Below are positions 11,666-25,762 of a stretch of 64,000 nt of DNA, piece after piece; position 1 is the stretch's first letter; each line of letters opens with the position of its first letter. The notes under the pieces are model-generated. The model was not told where the DNA came from, searched no databases, and saw nothing but the letters and a program-made list of their open reading frames with translations. The position numbers and the translations under genes were made by a program. Source of the stretch: Eledone cirrhosa (taxonomy: Eukaryota); contig OZ024743.1 of NCBI GenBank assembly GCA_964016885.1, positions 66,216,001-66,280,000 of the forward strand. The letters run 5' to 3'.

Positions 11666-12975
11666 ATACTTTGGGAGGGTCATGTTGCCAATAAGAAACA
11701 CACGCACCACTTGATTCACTTCAATTTATTATATATTTATAAATTTATAAATTTACAAATCTACAAACTTATAAATTTCTGGTTGGTTGGTTGGTTCCAC
11801 AACCAGATAGTTGTTTATATATAGTCATAGTCCTTTCGTCACACACTCTGTGACCTCTTCAGTGACTGGGGATTCCTTTCTTTGTTTCTGTGCCTTTCCT
11901 TTCTTCTATCCTACGCCATTTTGTTTCTGTGTGTGTGTTGTGTGCTCAGTTTGCGCATGCGCCACATCCGGGTGTCTGTGTGTGTTTGTGTTCATTTATC
12001 TATTTGTTTATTTATTTATTTATTTATTGTTGGTTGGTTGTTTGTTCTATGTGTGTGTGTGTTTTCATTTTGTCCTGTGTGTGTTTTCATTTTGTCCTTA
12101 ATTGCAAGTTGTTTGTTCTATGTGTGTGTGTGTTTTCATTTTGTCCTGTGTGTGTTTTCATTTTGTCCTTAATTGTAAGTTGTGATGTTGCTGTTCCACT
12201 CATATTTTCTATTTAATTTTGGTTTTAATTCTTTTATGCTTACTGCCTCTGTAATTTGCCTAAACATTGCGTCTTTTCTGTGTGTGGATTCTATTTTTAT
12301 TTCTATGCTCTCTAATCTACCCCTGTGTTCTATCTTAGCATGTTGGTAGAGCACAGATGATTCTTTATTATCTTGGAGGTCTCGCCAGTGTTCATTTATT
12401 CGTTCCCCTATACTACGGGCTGTCTCACCTATGTACACTATATTTTTGTTTCTACATTGTCCTTCAGTACATCTTATGCTATACACTACATTTCTAGTTT
12501 TACAGTTAATATGGGGGCTTATTTTACAGGTTATACATTTCTTATCTATACATGAGGGTCTTTGGAACGGGTATGTCTTGCTAATAAGTGTTTTTACGGA
12601 GGTACCTGGTCTTTCTACTATCTTAATATTGAGATTATGTTTATTTAGGGCCCTTCTAAATTTGTAGGCTAGTTCGCCTCTAGGGGTTGTATTGATGAAC
12701 ATTACACTCTGGTATTTATTGCTATCATACCATGAGTTTATTCTATTGGCCTTGTTCCTAGTTCTTTCTATTCTATTCCAAAATTTGCTCCTATACAAGG
12801 GGCAGGTCCCATTTATGTCATTATTTACCATTTTTTCCCATTTGGTTCTGGCTCCTTTATACACTCTGATTCTATCTCTCTTATTGGCAACAAGACCCTC
12901 CCAAAGTATAACAATATCGGTTTCAACACACGATTTCAAATAAAGAATCTTGCTAAACAAATTCAGAAACGAAAT
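11661..12975 (-). mobile_element. 5'-truncated Penelope-like element with inverted terminal piece
   Basis: GIY-YIG region CKTRNVVYSIRC...VYIGETARSIGERINEH...RQITEAVSI...LNRKYEW; 12880-12918 is the inverted copy of 11661-11698. Confidence 0.9.
11823..11867 (-). ncRNA. Type I hammerhead ribozyme
   Basis: Minus strand agtca-CTGAAGA-g-gtcaca-gagtg-tgtgac-GAAA-ggac-TA-tgact; stems I and II fully paired. Confidence 0.85.
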
Positions 12976-13020
12976 ATATATATATATATATATATATAGA
13001 TTAAGAGCGACCTGACATAA

Positions 13021-13106
<86 letters not shown>

Positions 13107-13162
13107 TTATATATATATGTGTGTGTGTGTGTTTATGTCAGGTCGCTCTTCATTAGCCTTAA

Positions 13163-13223
<61 letters not shown>

Positions 13224-13227
<4 letters not shown>

Positions 13228-13575
13228 TCATTATCATTTTACGTCCGCTTTTCCCTGTTTGCAAGGGTGGGATGGGTCCTATTCAGCACAGTATCTCTTC
13301 ACTTGTCATGGTCCTCCATCATCTCTTCCGTGAGCTTCCGTGATCTGAGGTCCGCTCTCACTACCTCCGGTCTTCCTCTACTGCCGCTTCCTTCCACTGG
13401 GATTTCTTGGCACTTCTTTACCCAGCGGTCATCCTCCATGCGCATCACATGTCCATACCATCGCAGTCGTCTCTCCCGCACTTTTCAACTAATCCCTCTT
13501 ATACAGTTTTTCTCTCAACTCATCTATGCTTGGTCGTTCACGCCCATTGACATTACACATCCAACGGAGCATGCT
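13224..13575 (-). mobile_element. RTE LINE 3' fragment
   Basis: [23 protein letters not shown]...GSRGRP followed by a (GAT)n-like tail. Confidence 0.8.
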
Positions 13576-13867
13576 TATATATGAGGAAATAAACAAGGAT
13601 TATAACTGTTTAAAGTAATAAGTAATGTTTACAAACACACACACACACATACACACACTCATACACACACACATATATATATGCATACAAACACACATAT
13701 ATATCCTTACGATTAATTTTATTTTCATTTTTTATTTTATCTTTATTAGTATTCTTACTATCTATCGGACGCTATACGGACGCTATAAACCGCCCCCCCC
13801 CTCTCATGAACCATTAGGACATATTACACGACGCCACCTACCTATTTCTGTATACTTTATTCCTTGA

Positions 13868-13908
<41 letters not shown>

Positions 13909-14160
13909 GGAAAACGAATATATATATATATATATATATAGACACTACGGCTTAATACGGGATGTTTGTTTACAAACACACCGAGCATTATAATAAATGT
14001 TCGGTGAATCCATACGTACATATATATATGTGTGCATGTATGTATATATATATACATACTACTGTACGTCTGTATACATATATGTATGTACGTGTACATA
14101 CTTATATTTAAGTAACAGCCGTACTAAGAGTGGGAAATGAAATTTCGTTTCATTTTTTCC

Positions 14161-14190
<30 letters not shown>

Positions 14191-14194
<4 letters not shown>

Positions 14195-14635
14195 CGTTTC
14201 TGAATTTGTTTAGCAAGTTTCTTTATCGGAAAACGTGTGTTGAAACCGATATTGTTATACTTTGGGAGGGTCATGTTGCCAATAAGAAACACACGCACCA
14301 GTCACTTTCACTCCAATATATTATAAATTAAATTATAAATTAAAAAAAAAAATGTATAAATTTCCGGTTGGTTGGTTGGTTCCACAACCGGACGGTTGTT
14401 CATATATTGTCAAAGTTCTTTCGTCACACATTCTGTGACCTCATCAGTGACTGGGGTTTATTTTCTTTGTTTTGTGCCTCTCCTTTGTTCCGTCCTAGCG
14501 TCATCTTGTTTTTGTGTTGTGTGCTTAGTTTCCGCATGTGTTACATCCGGGTGTCTGTGTGTGTTTTTATGTGTTTATTTATTTACAATTAAGGACAAAA
14601 TGAAAATACACACACATAGAACAAACAACCAACTA
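14191..14635 (-). mobile_element. Solo terminal repeat / 3'UTR of the PLE family at 11661
   Basis: attgttatactttgggagggtcatgttgccaataagaaacacacgcacca...gtcacaca..tgtgacctc.tcagtgactgggg shared with 11661-12000. Confidence 0.8.
14409..14451 (-). ncRNA. Type I hammerhead ribozyme, second copy
   Basis: Minus strand gtca-CTGATGA-g-gtcaca-gaatg-tgtgac-GAAA-gaac-TT-tgac. Confidence 0.78.
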
Positions 14636-14789
14636 GTAACATGTAAATAAACGGCTCTTTCTAACACACTCACATACATACATACATATATATATATATT
14701 ATTTATGTAAGCGGACGGTACTTGATTTAGGAGCCGCAGAAACCCATATACTGGATTTTACCAACCTTCCAGGGGTCCGGGTAAATTTT

Positions 14790-14975
14790 CAATACCCGAA
14801 TTACTTGATCGTTTTTTGGCTATGTGAATGATTGTTTAACCATCGTCTCAGTGTGTTTGGCCTTTAACGTTTGTTATAGCTCTGGTTCATCTGAATCATT
14901 GAGCACTTGCCGCACATCTCGGAGGTTGTTTTTCGTTATTTCGTGGGCCGAAATGCGAATCCCGATAATTTATGT
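14790..14975 (+). repeat. Unclassified interspersed repeat (also ~15255-15460, 32030-32215, 39285-39410; inverted ~43830-44030)
   Basis: cccgaattacttg.tcgtt...tttaaccatcgtctcagtgtgtttggcctttaacgt.tgtt.tagctctggttc...gagcgcttgccgcaca recurs. Confidence 0.7.
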
Positions 14976-14976
14976 T

Positions 14977-15048
<72 letters not shown>

Positions 15049-15050
<2 letters not shown>

Positions 15051-15240
15051 AAAATGTTCAAGACCCCGACGGCTAAGCTCGAGCTGTTTCGACGGCTATT
15101 TCTGGACTAGAAATAGCCGTCGAAACAGCCTGAGCTCTGCCGTCGGGGTCTTGAACATCTTCCTATTACCTACTCTACTACCCTAAAGAGTACTCTGGTA
15201 CGTTATGGTCCACCTGGTTTCTTTCCACACTTCCTTCGTT
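15049..15240 (+). mobile_element. ~190-bp asymmetric fold-back element
   Basis: ggaaaatgttcaagaccccgacggc...gacggctatttct-ggact-agaaatagccgtc...gccgtcggggtcttgaacatcttcc palindrome plus a unique extension to 15240. Confidence 0.8.
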
Positions 15241-15463
15241 AAATATCTATTTCAATCATATCTTATTTTGTTTGATCCGTTTAGCTTGTTCGCTCTTTTG
15301 GCTTAGGCGGTTAATGGTTTCTTAACCATCGTGTCAGTTTTGTATGACCTTTTTAACTTATGTTTATAGCTCTGGTATTTTCATATCCATTGAGCGCTTG
15401 TCAACACATTTCGGAAGTTGCGTTTCGCTAATTTCTACCCGCGGAAATGCGACTCTCGGTAAA

Positions 15464-15581
<118 letters not shown>

Positions 15582-15614
15582 CAAATGGAAACTATATTTA
15601 TAAAACCATATTTA

Positions 15615-15676
15615 TTTCATTATACATATTTCAAGGGCCACCACAGCAAACTATGGTGCGCTTTCATCAGATAAAA
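15615..15676 (-). ncRNA. Type I hammerhead ribozyme in a short (TA)n-flanked element (15580-15760)
   Basis: Minus strand ttttat-CTGATGA-aag.cgcaccatag-tttg-ctgtggtg..ctt-GAAA-tatgta-TA-atgaaa; homolog at about 18690-18746 has GTGATGA. Confidence 0.72.
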
Positions 15677-15757
15677 TATAATATAGGTTAGTTTTATGAA
15701 TAAATATTGACATAACCTTAAAAAATGCAACCATTCTGGCTGGAATCTCCTGGAATC

Positions 15758-15832
<75 letters not shown>

Positions 15833-15833
15833 G

Positions 15834-15975
<142 letters not shown>

Positions 15976-16059
15976 GTATATATTGAATTAGAAACTCAAA
16001 TAAGTCTCTCACAATTAAATAGCTAAAAGAAAGATGTTTTTCTAAGCCGTGTAATATAA

Positions 16060-16257
16060 TTGAATATTAAATAGAGATAAACACAGATATAAACATATAT
16101 GTGTTCAAATCGCAAGGGACCAGATTATTATTTTTAATTGAGCCTGGAAAACCGTATTTTTAATAGTTAGTATCTTTTTCACCCTAGCCAATCTGGTCCC
16201 TTACGTTTTGAACACATATATGATTATAGCTGTGTTTATCTCTCTTTTATATTCAGC
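16060..16257. repeat. Fold-back element
   Basis: agagataaacacagatataaacatatatgtgttcaaatcgcaagggaccagatt versus aatctggtcccttacgttttgaacacatatatgattatagctgtgtttatctct. Confidence 0.75.
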
Positions 16258-16274
16258 TTTATATATATATATAT

Positions 16275-16472
16275 ATCAAGAAAAACGATGAAGTTGCATT
16301 TACATGTATTTAGTTTTTTCTCCAGTCTGAAGAGCAGATCGATAATGGACTCAGGTCCATAACTTCTACCGGTGACCATGAGCACATCCTCTCCGAGATA
16401 ACCGGAATAGATAGATACTCAATTATAAACTAAATACATGTAAGAGAAACTTCATTGCTTTTTCTTAATATA
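16275..16472 (+). repeat. Fold-back element with degenerate hammerhead-like core
   Basis: aagaaaaacgatgaagttgcatttacatgtatttagttt versus aaactaaatacatgtaagagaaacttcattgctttttctt; internal gtCTGAAGAg. Confidence 0.55.
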
Positions 16473-16689
16473 TACACTTGGCTTGTGTATTGAGTGCTCG
16501 TTTTGGTATCAACACCAACAATTCACTGATTCACATACATATTATATATATTATATATATATATATATATTATATATATAATATTTGCTCTACATGTTTT
16601 TTATATATATAATTTATATATATACATAATCCTTATCGAGCCCTCTACGGATTTTAATCTTCTCATATATCATTACTATATATGTACAT

Positions 16690-16783
<94 letters not shown>

Positions 16784-16786
16784 TAC

Positions 16787-16827
<41 letters not shown>

Positions 16828-18590
16828 TATATATATGCTAAGATGTTTAAATAGAAACTGCTCCGCAATAACTTTGGCAAATATAAAAGAATTTAGCCGA
16901 AAATATTCAAATCAAAGTATTAATATATAATGTAATACATTAGCGGTGGTCATTCCTTGTTTCTTGAAAATAATTAGAAAATTGTTTGGCAATATCTTTA
17001 TATATTGTGTGTAAAAATAGAAGAAAAGGCTTCCTTGCCACGTACATCCTGTACATTCAGAAACACTCATAAATACTCATAAATTAACACCACATATACA
17101 TAAATACACACGGACACATACAAACATACATACAAACATACACACATACCGTACACATACACAGAAACACAAATACAAACATACACCCAGAAACAAACAT
17201 AAATACAATCACACACACACACAAATAAAAACACACGCACCACACATACACACACATATGCACACAAGCATAAACGCATACAAACACACTAACACATTCA
17301 CACATACACACACAAACACACACACCCACACAAATACACACACACACACAGAAACAAACATAAATACAAACACACACAAAACATACACACCATACATATA
17401 CACACATACGCACACAAACACACACACACACACAAAACATACACACCATACATACACACACATACGCACAAACACAAACAAACACACACACATACAAACA
17501 CACTGACACATTGATACATACACAAACGCACATACACACACAGACACACATACACACACATACATACACATACAAACGCATAGCAGGTGTTGAGCCAACG
17601 GGAGAACCTATGCGTATTCCCTGTGTTTGCTAGAAACAGCAGCTAAATCTCACCTGATTTGAACTGAGATAGCAGAAAGCCAGGAGGAATACCGCAAAGC
17701 ATTCTATCCGACCTGACGGGCCTGTCAATTCGCCGCCTTACTAATAAAGATATTATTGCATAAATATTTGAATTAAAAAAGCCACTTTTAGACATTTTCT
17801 GCAAAATCATTATAGGATGTTAAGTGTTAATGTGTTTTGGTGTATAACTGAAAATCAATAGAGATATTGACTTCTAAAAATTCAGGATCACTTCATGGTT
17901 TATATGAGTAAAAAAGCGGACATTTTGAAAATGAATGATTTTAAGAATATATGATAAATTATTCCATTTATAATTTTCACGGATTGATTGTAACACATAT
18001 ATAGCTAAAGTTATACAAACCTAAAATTTAACAAAGCTTTTATAATTTACCTGCGCGGTAATGCTTTTGCGGCCTAGTCCGCAGGGCGCAGCTCCAACAC
18101 CGCCGCGCCTTAGGCCCAGAGACCATCACCCCCTTTCCCCTCCCCATACCTCTGTGACCCTAGAGCCATCGCCTTTCCTTTCCTTTTCCGTTTTTAAATA
18201 TTTGTAGTGTTTTTTCTAATTACTTTATAGTCATCCATTCATGTAGTTACACATTTATTATCTTATTAAAGAATACCATCTCCATTGATAGTATTAATGT
18301 GAAACTCAATGACATAACGTACCAGTCGTATACAGGGTCCATCGACTTCCCCCAAATGACTGGCAAATTATTGTCAAGCCTAGAGAAAGTCTCTGTTGCT
18401 ACATTGCACCTCTACCTATTAGAAAGAGCAGTCAAATCATACCACAATATCTTTAAAACTATGAAAGGGCACACTTGATAATATACTCCTTGATACGCTA
18501 TGTATGGGACACCTTTGCTAATAGATATACTTGATTAGAGTTAATATGGGCTCAACGACACCAGCAACACACACGTACACACACAAGCGC

Positions 18591-18644
<54 letters not shown>

Positions 18645-18846
18645 CAATAATATTAATAAATGGAAGCTATTTTTCTAAAAGCATATTTATTTTATTATAT
18701 ATATTTCAAGGGTACCAACATTTTGGTACGCCCTCATCACATAAAATACAAAAATTGGTTTATAGATAGTGACATATTCAGACAAGAACTTAATGTGAGT
18801 TTTATTTGAATAGAATCTAATCTGTTAATTTATAACAGATTTGTTA

Positions 18847-18913
18847 AATTTGTTGGTTATTCAACAAATTAAATTTATAATATAAATTTAATTTGTTGAA
18901 TAACCAACAAATT
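18847..18913. repeat. Perfect palindrome with 33-bp arms
   Basis: aatttgttggttattcaacaaattaaatttata-a-tataaatttaatttgttgaataaccaacaaatt. Confidence 0.9.
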
Positions 18914-18925
18914 AAATAACTCATA

Positions 18926-19073
<148 letters not shown>

Positions 19074-19089
19074 GGTGTGTGTATAATCA

Positions 19090-19635
19090 AAATGAAAAGG
19101 AAGGCGACCTCAGAAAAGAATTACATAAAGTTTTATTAATTTTACCCTTGGGAGGTATATCTTAACGTATCCGATATTAGTCTTTCATCAGGAAAGAGTT
19201 AATGTAAGGCGATATTTACGCAATTATATACTGGCATACACACATTATCATTGGCAAGACACACAAACACGAATATAGGCCGAACCACACACACACACAC
19301 TGATAATACACTCCGATAAGTACTCACCATCACGTACAAATGGACACACATATACCAAAGAAAAATACAAGACAACAGACACTTTCATATTACGCACCTC
19401 ATATACAAACCAGCACTAATGATATATCCATACATTCCACCAGCAATTCTGCACCACTTACATTCCTACTGACCTGCCTACTTCACTTATCCTGATAAAC
19501 ATTTCCCCTTAATCTTTTATTTGCAACATTCCAAACTCTCCTATCTCCTCATATTTTCCTCTTTCTTGATGAAGGACTCATGTCCGATACGTGAAACTAA
19601 TAAGAAGCTGTTTGTATTTTTTACATCTTGCATTA
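19090..19635. mobile_element. Decayed PLE remnant with inverted terminal pieces and degenerate hammerheads
   Basis: 19560 ctctttcTTGATGAaggactcatgtccGATAcgt and its inverted homolog at 19163-19198; gtgaaactaataa motif shared with 8820. Confidence 0.5.
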
Positions 19636-19667
19636 CAAAGAACTCATATACACACACCTTTATATCG

Positions 19668-19714
<47 letters not shown>

Positions 19715-19777
19715 AAAAAGAAAGGTCAGCCAGAGGAAGGATTTTCTCCACCTGTTGACCAACAACTTGACGTTGCC

Positions 19778-21446
19778 ATGGCAACAAACCAAAGAACCAG
19801 CGGCACCAGCAACAGCAACAACAACAACAACAATGCGACGGACGAAAACAACACCAATAACAATAACAACAACAACAAGACCAATAACTGTGATAACAAC
19901 AACAATGATAAAAACACCACCACCAACTACAACAGCAACACAAACGAAAAACATTTCTCCTTCGCTGAGACGGCAAGGAAAACCCTCGACTATCTGCCAG
20001 TAGATATAACCAAAGCGAAGGAGCTACTGGCAGATGCCAAAAAATATATAGTGTACGGGGAAAATGGTTCATTCACGATCCATTCCCCCCGGAACTAAAA
20101 AGCCAGAGACTCCTAAACACTGTCATGTTTAGGACAATCTCGAATAAAAGCAAAAAACCAGCTCAACCATCACAGAGTGAGATAGAGCTGGTTTTAAAAG
20201 ACGTCATGAAGGACATCACCTTCATTCAGAAGGATAGACTCTACGGGAGTCTATCCATTCTCATGAAGGACAGGGACACAGCAGTGAAACTGTCCATCAA
20301 ACCAATCACATCGACCGCATACACCTTCTACCCTACGTACATGGGTAGAAGAACACAAAAAATAAAAATCCACACCATCCTGCCGATTATGGACATATGG
20401 TGGGTTTTGACAGGTTTCCTGGACCTGGATGATGACATGCTGGTGTCCATGGGAAAGGCATCGGGTGACGCGTTCAGTGGAACGAGCCTCGAACTTGTAG
20501 TTCAAATGAGGCCCGAAAGGATCGCCCAGATCCCTGAACGCGTCATATTGGATGATCAAACTTTCATCAACATTACCGTTGAGGGTAGGCGGCCCTCGTG
20601 TTACCTCTGCGGAACCAGAGGTCACCTGAGGGCTGTCTGTCCCCAACTCAATAAGAAAACCCCAATCCTGCCTACACCACCAACAACTGCACAACCAACA
20701 CAATCACCACAACTACCACTACAAAAACAACCACCACAACTACCACTACAAAAACAACCACCACAGCTCAAACCAAAACAAAACAATGTCCAACCCATCC
20801 CCCCCACTCAAAAAACAAAAACAATTTCCAAAACACCCGCACCGCAAACACAACCCGAAAATATACCGCTCCCCTCCAACGCGGAAGATGACTCTAGTTC
20901 GTCGTCAGACGAGGAGGAGCACTTCCACACAATCAAAAGAAAAAAAAAGAAAACACACCTCAGACACACAAATGAAAACAACCCTTCCCCAAAACATAAC
21001 ACTGACACCAACACAAAAGAGCTCACAACAACAGCAAACAAAAAACACCACACAAAAACAAAAACATGCATACACATACATAAACACAAGAAACAAAAAA
21101 CTGTTAAACATTGTGTACAACAACAATCTAATAAAAACCCAAGGGCCTAACTTCACCCAGGCAGGGGATTTCCCCCACCTCAAAATGATTAAGGCCACAC
21201 AGGACACCTATAAAACTTTAAAAAACAACTTTAAAGAGGACGTGGGTCCCCCCTGCGTCGGGCCCATTAACTGCGTCCTCCTAAAAACCTACCCCACCCC
21301 TCCCCAAACACCCACACAACTCCAAACTCCCCAACCACACAACACACTGATGCCCCTACATCTCCACAAACCACCACCCACCCAACAACCCATCCCCCAC
21401 CCTAATGAAAATTGTGCAGCCCGATACCCGGGACGCAGAGAGGTAA
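19778..21446 (+). pseudogene. Tx1 ORF1 (gag-like, CCHC zinc knuckle), frameshifted
   Basis: VEGRRPSCYLCGTRGHLRAVCP in ORF 20125-21150; upstream and downstream parts lie in other frames, so the ends are approximate. Confidence 0.75.
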
Positions 21447-21470
21447 GTGCCTTTTCTCTTCACCACCAAC

Positions 21471-24400
21471 ATGGCCATGCTAAGAGTAGGCTGTTTAAAT
21501 GCGCGTGGCCTGGGCTCAACTTGGAAGCAAGCAATGCTTCTAAATGACCTCAGGTCACAACGTATAGATGTGATGGTTATTTGCGAGGCCCGGATCAGCA
21601 ACGTGCGACAGCTGGCCCCCACCTTTGATGACTTTGAAATGCACACATCTCTCTGTCAGCCCGGAGGTGTGGGTGGGGTTATCATTCTGCTGCAAAAACA
21701 TCTGGGTCTCGCAACACAGATGGTACATTTGGACCCGGAGGGTCGACTAGTGGTTCTTAACCTTGGCAGTGGTAAAGGCGGAGCGTTTAGGTTGGTAGCC
21801 GCCTACGGCCCTTTCGGGTCAATGCGGCCGGACTTCTTCCATCGTCTGGAGACTTTTCTAGGGACATCCCGCTCCTTGCTATTAGTGGGGGACTGGAATG
21901 GTATCCTAGATGCACGCTGGGACTACGTAGAGGCCTGTCCCGATAGAGAGGGGTGTAATAGCCTCAAAGGGTTAATCGGTCGATTTGACCTGGCCGATAG
22001 ATATCGACTAGATTTTCCGACTGCGCCAACCTGGGCTTGGTCAAATCGTAGCGGATCATCTAGGTCGTACCTAGATAGGTTCTTAGTTAGAATTAAGGAT
22101 AAGGACCTTTTAAGTTGTCCAAAAATGCGCATGGTTGGCTATTCAGACCACAAGTTAGTGACCTGCATGGTCAACCTTGACAGAACTCATAGACAGGGAC
22201 CCGGTTACTGGAAGCTCAACTTGTCCTTACCGGCAAGTAAGGCTTACAGGGACCGGATTAGCACTTTAGTTAAGGAGCGGTTGACGGGCGCCATCGTCAA
22301 CAGCAGGTGGTGGGGATCTCTCAAAAGAGAGATTAGAGTAGTCTCTATAGAATTTAGTAAGGAGTTAGCCTCAAATAGAAATAGGAAGGAAAGGGAGTTG
22401 GTAGATAGTGTAGAAGAGGCAATTAGAAGCGGCGACGTGGCCAGAGTGCTAGCGTCGAGAATGGCCCTGGGCCAGTTCTTCGACGCGAAACACGAAGGCT
22501 GCATCGTCCGAAGCAAAATACGTGCTCTGGGAAACGAGGGGACCAAAGCTGTTAGCTGGGCCCGCGTGACAGAAGCTAAAAGAGGGAGCAGATCCACTAT
22601 CCGGTCTTTGCGAGACCAGGATGGACGGGTGATCCTTGAACCTAAGCAGATGTGCGAGGCTTTTCAAAAGCACTTTGCCGGATTGTTCGGAAGGGTCGGG
22701 GAGCCAGTTGGGGATGTGGACTTCGGTCCATACCTCGACGGCCTGCCGCGTCTCTCGGACAGGGAGGCGAAGTCCTGCGAGGAGCCGATTACAGCCGCTG
22801 AGATAGAGGACGTGCTGAGCCAATGCGGCAAACGCAAATCCCCGGGTCTCGATGGTCTTCCATACGAACTATATCTAGCTATGCCGGACTTGTTCCCCGA
22901 TCTCCTCGAGGCGGTCTACTGCAACTGGCAACAGAACGGGAGAATTCCCTGTGCTGTGACCAAGGGCGTAGTTACGCTAGTGAGGAAGGACGAGAACAAG
23001 GGGGACGATATAAATAATTTCAGGCCCATAACTCTGCTAAATACAGAGTTACAGATTTTGGCCAAGGTGCTAGCAAAGAGGTTGGCGCTTGTCGTGGGTA
23101 ACCTGGTGGGAGATGCGCAGACATGTGCTATCCCGTCCGGGTCCATCCACGACAACCTCCACCTCATGCGATACATCATAGAGAGGGTTGGGAACGAACC
23201 CGGCTTTGGTGGAGCCCTGATCAACTTGGATCAATCTAAGGCATTCGATAGGGTCGACCATGGTTATCTGGATGCGGTGCTAGCGGCGGCAGGCTTCGGA
23301 CCCGTTTTCAGGGGCTGGATCAATGCCATGCTCAACAGCTGCATCTGCTCTAGGGTCAAGGTGAACGGCTACCTCTCGGAGCCGTTCGAAATCGCGCGGT
23401 CCATCCGACAGGGGTGCCCTCTCTCCTCCCTTCTGTATGTAGTGACTCTAGAGGAACTGCTGCGGAAGTTGGAGTTGTTGCATGGCATCCCGTTGGAACC
23501 GGGATTGCGGAAAGCGGTGTCAGCCTACGCCGATGACGTAACAGTAATGGTGTCGACGGCCTCGGAAATCGGGGCGATCGGCATCTTACTGGAGGAGTAC
23601 GAAAGGTTTACAGGGGCTAAGCTGAACCGGGACAAGTCGATCGGTCTGCAACTCGGCACGTGGAGGGGCAGATCAATGCCCTCCGATGGCGTCGTCGGGC
23701 GCTGGACGGAGGGCCCGGTGAAGTTGCTCGGGGTCTGGTTCGGACCAGACCTCCAGGTGGAGAAGAACTGGGGTGAGGTAACGAACAGGGTGTTTGCACT
23801 GACCCAGAAGTGGGCCGAGTGCAAACTGTGCCTGAAAGGTCGGGCGGAGGTGGCGAACACTTATATAGCGTCCGTCATCTACTACCGCCTGACCGTTGTG
23901 CCTTGCCCAAGGGAAACGCTCGCCAAAATGGAGCGCGCACTCTTCCAACTCCTTTGGAAGAAGCGGGCTCCTATGGTGAGGAGATCCATCTGCTGTCAAC
24001 ACCCTTCGAAAGGAGGGCTGGGGATGCCGTGGCTAATGATACGTAAACACGCATTAAGGCTACGGCACCTTCAGGTATTCCTCTCCGGTCAACCGGTGTG
24101 GGCTCCGTTTGTGAGGCGAGCCTTTCCCAGACTCGTCTCACTCACCGAGCTGCAATCCTGGGTCAAGCAAAGACCGAGAAAACTGGGCGCCCGGCTGTCA
24201 GTGGAGAATCCACCTCGTCATTCTATAGAGGGCTGGTGGTTAGCAGGTGCGACGACGCCCTCGGAGAAGCCCTAGGCATGGAGGAAGACGAACTGGCCAA
24301 CCTGTTCGGTAGGACATTCAGCCCGGGACCCATGGACAACTTCCAGAAGTCCCTGGCCTGGCAATGCTACAGAATGGCTCTGCCCGTTCGAGAAAGGCTC

Positions 24401-24860
24401 TACAGACACGGGCGCCCGGGTATGGACCCCTCGAAAAAGATCTGTCCCAGATGCGTGTGCGACGAGGAAACCGTTGTACACGCATTGGTACACTGCTCGG
24501 GCATTGCCGATCTGTGGGGCTATGTCGAACAACTGCTGTCAAGGGTGGGACCGATCCGGTTGACCACCGAGTCTATTGTAACGATCAAGCCGCCTCCCCT
24601 CTTCAAAAAACGAAGAAGAGGCGGTGTTTCTGTGCGTAATAGCCATGGCGAAAGAGGTTGTATGGTGGACGCGTCTGAAAGGACTGAGGTCAGACACCTT
24701 TCTCTCTGGTCAACAACTGGTCCGTTTCTTCCGATATCATTTCGGAAGAAGGATCAGGATGGAGAGAGAGGTGCTGCACCCCAGCCGTTTTTATGAAAGA
24801 TGGGTGAAAGTGGCGAGAATGGCTCGTGTGAATGGGCCTTCACTCTACATCAGACTATAG
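21471..24860 (+). CDS. Tx1 ORF2: APE endonuclease + RT + C-terminal CCHC finger; open for about 900 codons, then two frameshifts (~24190, ~24605)
   Basis: LNARGL, VGDWNG, SYLDRF, SDHKLV, KSPGLDG, FRPITLLN, LDQSKAFDRVDH, RQGCPLS, AYADDV, CPRCVCDEETVVHALVHC. Confidence 0.93.
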
Positions 24861-25125
24861 GTGAGGAAGATGAAAGACCAAGGGAGCACCCCTTCTCTGT
24901 GCTCCTGAGGAAAAGGGTTGCACACTTTTTTTCGGGGGTGTGTGCGACCCCCCAAGGCGCCTCCTCTCTATTGAGGACTTTGTTATAAATTTTATTTTTT
25001 GTTATATTTTATTTTATTTTTATATATTGTTATTGCCTCCTCCTTATTGAGGACGCCTTGTTTTGTAAACTCCCCCCATTGTACTTGTCCCACTTTTGAT
25101 GCCCTGGTGGCAAATAAAAGAAACA

Positions 25126-25177
<52 letters not shown>

Positions 25178-25203
25178 AATCTCCCCCTCCCCCACCGCTC
25201 TCT

Positions 25204-25308
<105 letters not shown>

Positions 25309-25322
25309 TAATATATATATAT

Positions 25323-25356
<34 letters not shown>

Positions 25357-25459
25357 AATGTACATATATATTCTGTTTGCATGCCAACAATGAGGGGCTA
25401 AAGTCGAGCATTACCTAAAAAAAAACATTATAAGTTTCTGCATATACATTATATATAAC

Positions 25460-25690
25460 ATAAATATATATATATATCCAGGGAGTGTAACTTGGAGTTA
25501 CTGCAGGTTCACCCGGGTGAGCACTCGATGTTTAGGTTCACTTCTGTGTTGAGGTGTAGAGCTAGACAGAGTGTGATATATTGAAAGGATAACAAGGACG
25601 ATTGGTTACTCCTTCATTATATTTATTGGTAGGTGACGCGCGTTTCGCCACTGATCAGCTCTAGGTTCGATCTGTATCGATCTTACCCGA
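25460..25690 (-). mobile_element. PLE terminal-repeat fragment with 3' half of a hammerhead
   Basis: Minus strand ggc-GAAA-cgcgcg-TC-acct followed by aataaa. Confidence 0.45.
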
Positions 25691-25705
25691 CTCTCTCTCT
25701 CCCCC

Positions 25706-25759
<54 letters not shown>

Positions 25760-25762
<3 letters not shown>

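Larger units (their letters stand above)
19715..25125 (+). mobile_element. Near full-length L1/Tx1-clade LINE inserted in (TATC)n
   Basis: Two ORFs, AATAAA at about 25113, (tatc)n at 19668-19714 and 25126-25177. Confidence 0.92.

Noticed and set aside
21441-21448. Perfect splice donor AGgtaagt just before Tx1 ORF2
   Set aside because: It overlaps the probable ORF1 stop codon; no acceptor or transcript evidence
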